Shown one piece after another: positions 28,529 to 32,888 of a stretch of 32,888 nt of DNA. Origin of the DNA: Pseudomonadota bacterium (lineage in GTDB: Bacteria > Pseudomonadota > Alphaproteobacteria > Rhodospirillales > 2-02-FULL-58-16); contig JACZWD010000003.1 of assembly GCA_022572335.1 (NCBI GenBank), forward strand, positions 1-32,888, written 5' to 3'. The translations under genes and the position numbers were made by a program. The notes under the pieces were generated by a model. It saw nothing but the letters and a program-made list of their open reading frames with translations, was not told where the DNA came from and made no database searches. Numbering within the stretch: position 1 is the first letter of the stretch; each line of letters opens with the position of its first letter.

Positions 28529-28555
28529 GGGCCATGATCAGCGCTCCTTGGTATA
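28529..28555 (-). repeat. 27-bp dispersed repeat, copy 1 (MITE-like terminus)
   Basis: Minus strand TATACCAAGGAGCGCTGATCATGGCCC, 25/27 identical to 32731-32757; overlaps the last codons and stop of sat. Confidence 0.8.
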
Positions 28556-29731
28556 ATTCAGGCTCGCGTAATATTCCCTGAGGACGGCCACCACCTCGGG
28601 ACGGCTGAACTCGGGCGGGATGTCCTCGCCGGCCGAAAGCATCTCGCGCTGTCTGGTGCCCGAGATGAGCACCCGGTCCTCGGCCCCGTGCGGACACGTC
28701 CTCCCCGTCGCCATGCCGAGGCATTTGGTGCAGTAAAAGGTGATGTCGATCTTCAGCGCCTTGGTCTCCAGGGCTCCCTCCCAAAGGGTGTCGAAGATGT
28801 GCTGGGCGTCGAACGGGCCGTAGGTATCGCCGACCCCGGCATGGTCCCGCCCGACGATCAGGTGGGAGCAGCCGAAGTTCTGGCGCAACAGGGCGTGGAG
28901 CAGGGCCTCGCGGGGACCCGCATAGCGCATCTCGATGGGATAGCCGGCGTGCACGACGGTTCCGGGCACGAAGTACTTGTCGATCATGACATCGATGGCC
29001 TTCACCCGCACCTCGGCGGGGATGTCGCCGGGCTTGAGCTTGCCCAGCACCTGGTGGATGAAGACGCCGTCGGCGACCTCGATGGCGATCTTCGCCAGAT
29101 GTTCGTGGCTGCGGTGCATGGGGTTGCGGGTCTGCAGCGCGACCACGCGCGACCATCCCTTCTCGGCGAACAGGGCGCGGGAGTCGGCCGGGCGCAGGAA
29201 CAAGCGCGGGTACAGGTCCGGGTACACGCCCTCGCTGAGCGCCGTCACCGGACCGGCCAGGTTCACCGCGCCCTGCTCCATCACGGTGCGCACGCCGGGA
29301 TGGTCGGGCGCCGTCGTGCCGTAGACCTCGCCGCACTCGAGGCTCTTGTCGATGGCATAGGTTTCCCGCACCGTCATGATGGCCATGATCTCGCCCGAAT
29401 CCCCATCGACGAGGGCCACCTCGTCGGCGACGGCGACGCCACAATCGGCGTCCGCCGAAAGGGTAATGGGGATGGGCCAGAACAGGCCGTCCGCCGTCTT
29501 CATGTCCTGGCAGACCCTGCGCCAGTCCGCTTCCCCCATGAACCCGGTCAACGGCGTATAGGCGCCCATGGCCATCATGACGAGGTCCGAGGTCTCCCGG
29601 CTGGTCATCGGCACTTTTTTCAGCCCGTCGGCCCGCCTCAGCGCCTCGGCGCGCTCCGCCGCACCGACCAGCAACGGCTCCAGTGCGCCGCCGCCATGCG
29701 GCCGAACCAATCTGGACAAGGTGTCCCCCAT
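28538..29731 (-). CDS. sat: Sulfate adenylyltransferase (homo-oligomeric Sat type)
   Basis: QTRNPMHRSHE, MRYAGPREALLHA, VGRDHAGVG and ISGT...PPEFSRPEV. Confidence 0.96.
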   Translation of the reverse strand: MGDTLSRLVRPHGGGALEPLLVGAAERAEALRRADGLKKVPMTSRETSDLVMMAMGAYTPLTGFMGEADWRRVCQDMKTADGLFWPIPITLSADADCGVAVADEVALVDGDSGEIMAIMTVRETYAIDKSLECGEVYGTTAPDHPGVRTVMEQGAVNLAGPVTALSEGVYPDLYPRLFLRPADSRALFAEKGWSRVVALQTRNPMHRSHEHLAKIAIEVADGVFIHQVLGKLKPGDIPAEVRVKAIDVMIDKYFVPGTVVHAGYPIEMRYAGPREALLHALLRQNFGCSHLIVGRDHAGVGDTYGPFDAQHIFDTLWEGALETKALKIDITFYCTKCLGMATGRTCPHGAEDRVLISGTRQREMLSAGEDIPPEFSRPEVVAVLREYYASLNYTKER

Positions 29732-29807
29732 GAAACGATCTCCCTATGATCGACGGGTGATGGACATGTGAACGGGAACCGGCGGCCCCGGCCGCGCTTG
29801 CCTAATA

Positions 29808-31301
29808 CTACATGGACTTGTGGGCGCCGATCGAAACCAGAAATTCTTTCTGGGAACCGGCGCGCAGCAGGGCCAGGGCGCAGCCCAGCGCCCGGTCCTT
29901 CTTCTCCCCCACCGCCGGACAATCGGTCTCTTTCAGGGTCAGGTGGGTGTCCGGCTTCTTCACGGCGACCGCCGGCAGGGCGCCGGGTAGATCGGATTCC
30001 CGCTGGCGCTTGGACTCCTTGGCATCGGCACGGGTGAGGGTGATGTCGGGTTCGACCCCGCGCGCCTGGATGGCCCGCCCCGACGGCGCGTAATAGAGGG
30101 CCGTGGTCAGGCGCAGGCCGCCCTCCAGGGGCAGGCGGGTGATGGTCTGCACCGACCCCTTGCCGAAGGAGCGCACGCCCATGACCGTGGCGCGGTGGTG
30201 ATCCTGGAGCGCGCTGGCGACGATCTCCGAGGCCGAGGCCGAGCCCCCGTTGATGAGCACGACCATGGGCACCCCGTTGGCCAGGTCCCCGATTTCGGCT
30301 TTGTAGACGGTGTCCTTGACGGCGCGGCCGCGCACGGCGACGATCTGGCCGTCATCCAGGAATGCGTCGGCCAGGAAAAGCGATTGATTGAGCAGCCCGC
30401 CGGGGTTGTTGCGCAGGTCCAGAACCAGCCCCTTCATGCGCGGGCCCAGGTCCCGGCGCAAGCTCTCCATGGCTTCCTCGACGCCACGCTCCACCCTCTC
30501 GCTGAAATTGACGACCTGGACATAGCCGACGGCGCCCTCGGTCCGCCAGCGCACCGAGCGGACCTTGATGATGGCCCGGGTGATGGTGACGTCAAAGGGC
30601 GCCTGTCCCTTCCGGTTCACGGTCAGGCGGACGTCCGTCCCCGGCGCGCCGCGCAGTTTCTTGACCGCCAGCAAGATGTGTTTGGCCTTGATGGGTTCGC
30701 CGTCGACGTGGGTGATCAGGTCGCCGGACTTCAGCCCGGCGCGGAACGCCGGCGTATCCTCGATGGGGGATATCACCTTGACCATCCCGTTTTCCATGGT
30801 GACGACGATTCCGAGCCCCCCGAACTCGCCCTTGGTGGTGACCTGGATATCGCGCAGTTCGTCCGGGTTGAGGTACGCCGAATGGGGATCCAGCGCCGAC
30901 ATCATGGAATCCAGCGCCGTCTCCACCAATTCCCCCGCCGGCACGGCGCCGGGCTCGGCGTTCAGATCGCGCACCCCCTTGATGGCGGCGTCGATGAGCT
31001 TGGCGTCGGCGACCTCGCGCACGTAGCTGAAGCGGACGCGTTTGAAGGCATCGCGAAACTGCTCGAACCGCCGGTGCTTGCCGGCGTCGGCCGCATAGGC
31101 GTCGTAGACCACCCGGAAGCGCTCCAGTTCGCGGACCGCGTCCTGGGACAGGGTGATATCTTGGCCGCTGAGGATGTTGAAAACGTGGCCGAGCGGCGAT
31201 TCCTCGGTGCCGCACCCGATCAGCGACGGCGACACCGACGCGCCCGCGGCAAGGGCAAAGGTCAGAATCAGCGCCGGGCGGAAACGCCTCCACCTATTCA
31301 T
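29808..31301 (-). CDS. ctpA: S41 family carboxy-terminal processing protease, possible lipoprotein
   Basis: LDPHSAYL, PDZ segment GEFGGLGI, LDLRNNPGGLL, SASASEI (Ser) and FGKGSVQ (Lys); lipobox-like LIGC after a hydrophobic signal. Confidence 0.93.
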   Translation of the reverse strand: MNRWRRFRPALILTFALAAGASVSPSLIGCGTEESPLGHVFNILSGQDITLSQDAVRELERFRVVYDAYAADAGKHRRFEQFRDAFKRVRFSYVREVADAKLIDAAIKGVRDLNAEPGAVPAGELVETALDSMMSALDPHSAYLNPDELRDIQVTTKGEFGGLGIVVTMENGMVKVISPIEDTPAFRAGLKSGDLITHVDGEPIKAKHILLAVKKLRGAPGTDVRLTVNRKGQAPFDVTITRAIIKVRSVRWRTEGAVGYVQVVNFSERVERGVEEAMESLRRDLGPRMKGLVLDLRNNPGGLLNQSLFLADAFLDDGQIVAVRGRAVKDTVYKAEIGDLANGVPMVVLINGGSASASEIVASALQDHHRATVMGVRSFGKGSVQTITRLPLEGGLRLTTALYYAPSGRAIQARGVEPDITLTRADAKESKRQRESDLPGALPAVAVKKPDTHLTLKETDCPAVGEKKDRALGCALALLRAGSQKEFLVSIGAHKSM

Positions 31302-31499
31302 ATGCCATCGCCTTTGCCGTGGGACCGTCTCACCAAGGAAGGTCCATTGTACCGTATTTGCCGCACCGGCCGAAGCCTTTTCCCGCCGGCCCCGGCCCGA
31401 GAAGGTGCCCGGCGCCGGCCAAAATATCAAGGAGGAGTTGGCCCTTCGGCGCCCCCGGCGGCGCCAGCGCCCACCCGGGAGCGGCGCCGGCAAGGCGCG

Positions 31500-32576
31500 T
31501 CAGCCGGCAGGCCGGCGCCCCTTTCGCCGCCCCGCCGCCGGGCGCAGCTCGTACGCGGTCCACAGGGCGGCCGTGAACAGGGCCAGGGCGCCTCCCTGGT
31601 GGGCCGCGGCAAGGGGCACCGGGACCACCAGCAGCAGGGTCGAAATGCCGAGCGCCACCTGACCGGCCGCCGTCACCGCCAGGACGTCGAGGGCAACGCG
31701 CCCGCGCGGCGCCAGTCCGGCGTTGCGCGCGCGCAGCCAGAACACCCCGACGGCGGCGAGCACCAACAGGGCAAACAGCCGGTGGGTGAACTGCACCGTG
31801 GCGATGTCCTCGAAAAAGTTGACGAGGAACGGATCCATGGCGAACAGGGCCGCGGGCACCAGCTCGCCGTCCATCAGGGGAAAGGTGTTGTAGGCGAACC
31901 CGGCGTCGAGCCCGGCGACCAGCCCGCCCGACAGCACGGTGACCAGGACCGACCCCGCCACCAGGTAGGCGAACCGCCCGAAGGCGGCGGGCGGCCGCCG
32001 GCCCGCCGGTCCGGGAAGGAGAAGCCCCAGCGCCACCCACAGCATATACCCGTAAATGACGAACGCCGCGCCCAGGTGGGCGGTCAGGCGGTACTGGCTG
32101 ACGTCGGGGCGGTCCACGAGGCCGCTTTGCACCATGTACCAGCCGAGCAGTCCCTGGAACGCGCCGAGGACGAACACGGGGATCAGTTTTGCCGCCAGCC
32201 GCCGGTCCACCCAGCCGCGGACCACGAAGAACGCGAACGGAACGAGGAAGGCGACGCCGATGAGGCGGCCCCACAGCCGGTGCGCGTACTCCAGCCAGAA
32301 GATGGACTTGAACCCGCTCAGCGTCATGTCCGGGTTGAGGTCCTTGTACTCGGGAAAGCGCCGGTAGTTGCGGAAGGCCTCCTGCCATTCCGCCTCGGCC
32401 AGGGGCGGCAGCCACGCGGTCACCGGCTTCCACTCGACCATGGAAAGCCCGGCGTGGGTGAGACGGGTGACTCCCCCCAACACCACCATGGCGAAGACCA
32501 TGGCGCAGAGGGCCAGAAGCCATGCCGCGATCACCTTGGGGCGCTCCGCGGCGGGCGCTTGCGCCTCAAATTCCAT
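31500..32576 (-). CDS. ctaA: Heme A synthase (COX15/CtaA type 2)
   Basis: GGVTRLTHAGLSMVEW, EYAHRLWGR, VSQYRLTAH, QFTHR and HQGGA. Confidence 0.95.
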   Translation of the reverse strand: MEFEAQAPAAERPKVIAAWLLALCAMVFAMVVLGGVTRLTHAGLSMVEWKPVTAWLPPLAEAEWQEAFRNYRRFPEYKDLNPDMTLSGFKSIFWLEYAHRLWGRLIGVAFLVPFAFFVVRGWVDRRLAAKLIPVFVLGAFQGLLGWYMVQSGLVDRPDVSQYRLTAHLGAAFVIYGYMLWVALGLLLPGPAGRRPPAAFGRFAYLVAGSVLVTVLSGGLVAGLDAGFAYNTFPLMDGELVPAALFAMDPFLVNFFEDIATVQFTHRLFALLVLAAVGVFWLRARNAGLAPRGRVALDVLAVTAAGQVALGISTLLLVVPVPLAAAHQGGALALFTAALWTAYELRPAAGRRKGRRPAG

Positions 32577-32730
32577 CTTTCCTCACGGCTGCTCCCCGCC
32601 CGCCGGGCCGTCCCGCGGGCGCCGGCGAGTATTCACCGTGACCGGCCGCGAACCAAGCGTTTCGTCGCCGGGTACGGCCCCGCCCGGCCGGCCATCGGGG
32701 AGCGGCAGCTGCGCAACATCTTCGCCGAGG

Positions 32731-32757
32731 TATACCAAGGGGCGCTGATCATGACCC
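32731..32757 (+). repeat. 27-bp dispersed repeat, copy 2 (MITE-like terminus)
   Basis: TATACCAAGGGGCGCTGATCATGACCC, 25/27 identical to the reverse complement of 28529-28555. Confidence 0.8.
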
Positions 32758-32830
32758 CGCTGGAACTCCGGAAATGCGAATTTCCCGTCGCCGCCGCGGG
32801 GCGCGGCAAGACCAGGAAAGAGAGGCGGTT

Positions 32831-32888
32831 ATGAGCACCATCCCCATCGCACCGGCGGTCCGCGTCACCATCGGCATCGTGCCCGGCA
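32831..32888 (+). CDS. 5' end of an unidentified gene cut by the window edge
   Basis: ATG preceded by GAGAGG; frame MSTIPIAPAVRVTIGIVPG is open to the end of the window. Confidence 0.45.
   Translation, partial: MSTIPIAPAVRVTIGIVPG

Noticed and set aside
24653-32834. Very long antisense ORFs (995 aa at 24653-27640; 879 aa at 30195-32834)
   Set aside because: They lie opposite or out of frame with well-supported genes, have no recognisable motifs, and are expected in high-GC DNA.

Overview
This is a GC-rich chromosomal window. Gene content points to an alphaproteobacterium, probably Rhodospirillales-like. Sulfur and Fe-S genes dominate: a complete minus-strand SUF operon (Rrf2 regulator-sufB-sufC-sufD-sufS-sufU-sufT-sufA), preceded by a frameshifted, cysteine-free iscR-like gene with a palindromic operator; cysG-DUF2849-cysI-DUF934 with no cysH; gloB; and an orphan sat. 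Other genes encode an agmatinase-family ureohydrolase, a CoA-transferase-fold alpha/beta pair apparently lacking the catalytic Glu, a cold-shock protein, a JmjC oxygenase, a TRAP transporter whose DctQ carries a DUF805-like N-terminal fusion, an HpxW-like GGT, a degenerate membrane HD-GYP protein, an S41 protease and heme A synthase. The most unusual segment lies between the SUF and gloB blocks. It holds a 76-repeat pentapeptide protein transcribed divergently from a 101-aa protein built from [D/E]RRxxx hexapeptide repeats, a candidate multivalent c-di-GMP binder. Three kinds of non-coding repeat element occur, including a 27-bp repeat found twice in inverted orientation around sat-ctpA-ctaA. 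No rRNA, tRNA, CRISPR array or transposase was recognised. All family calls come from motif recognition by eye; no searches were run.
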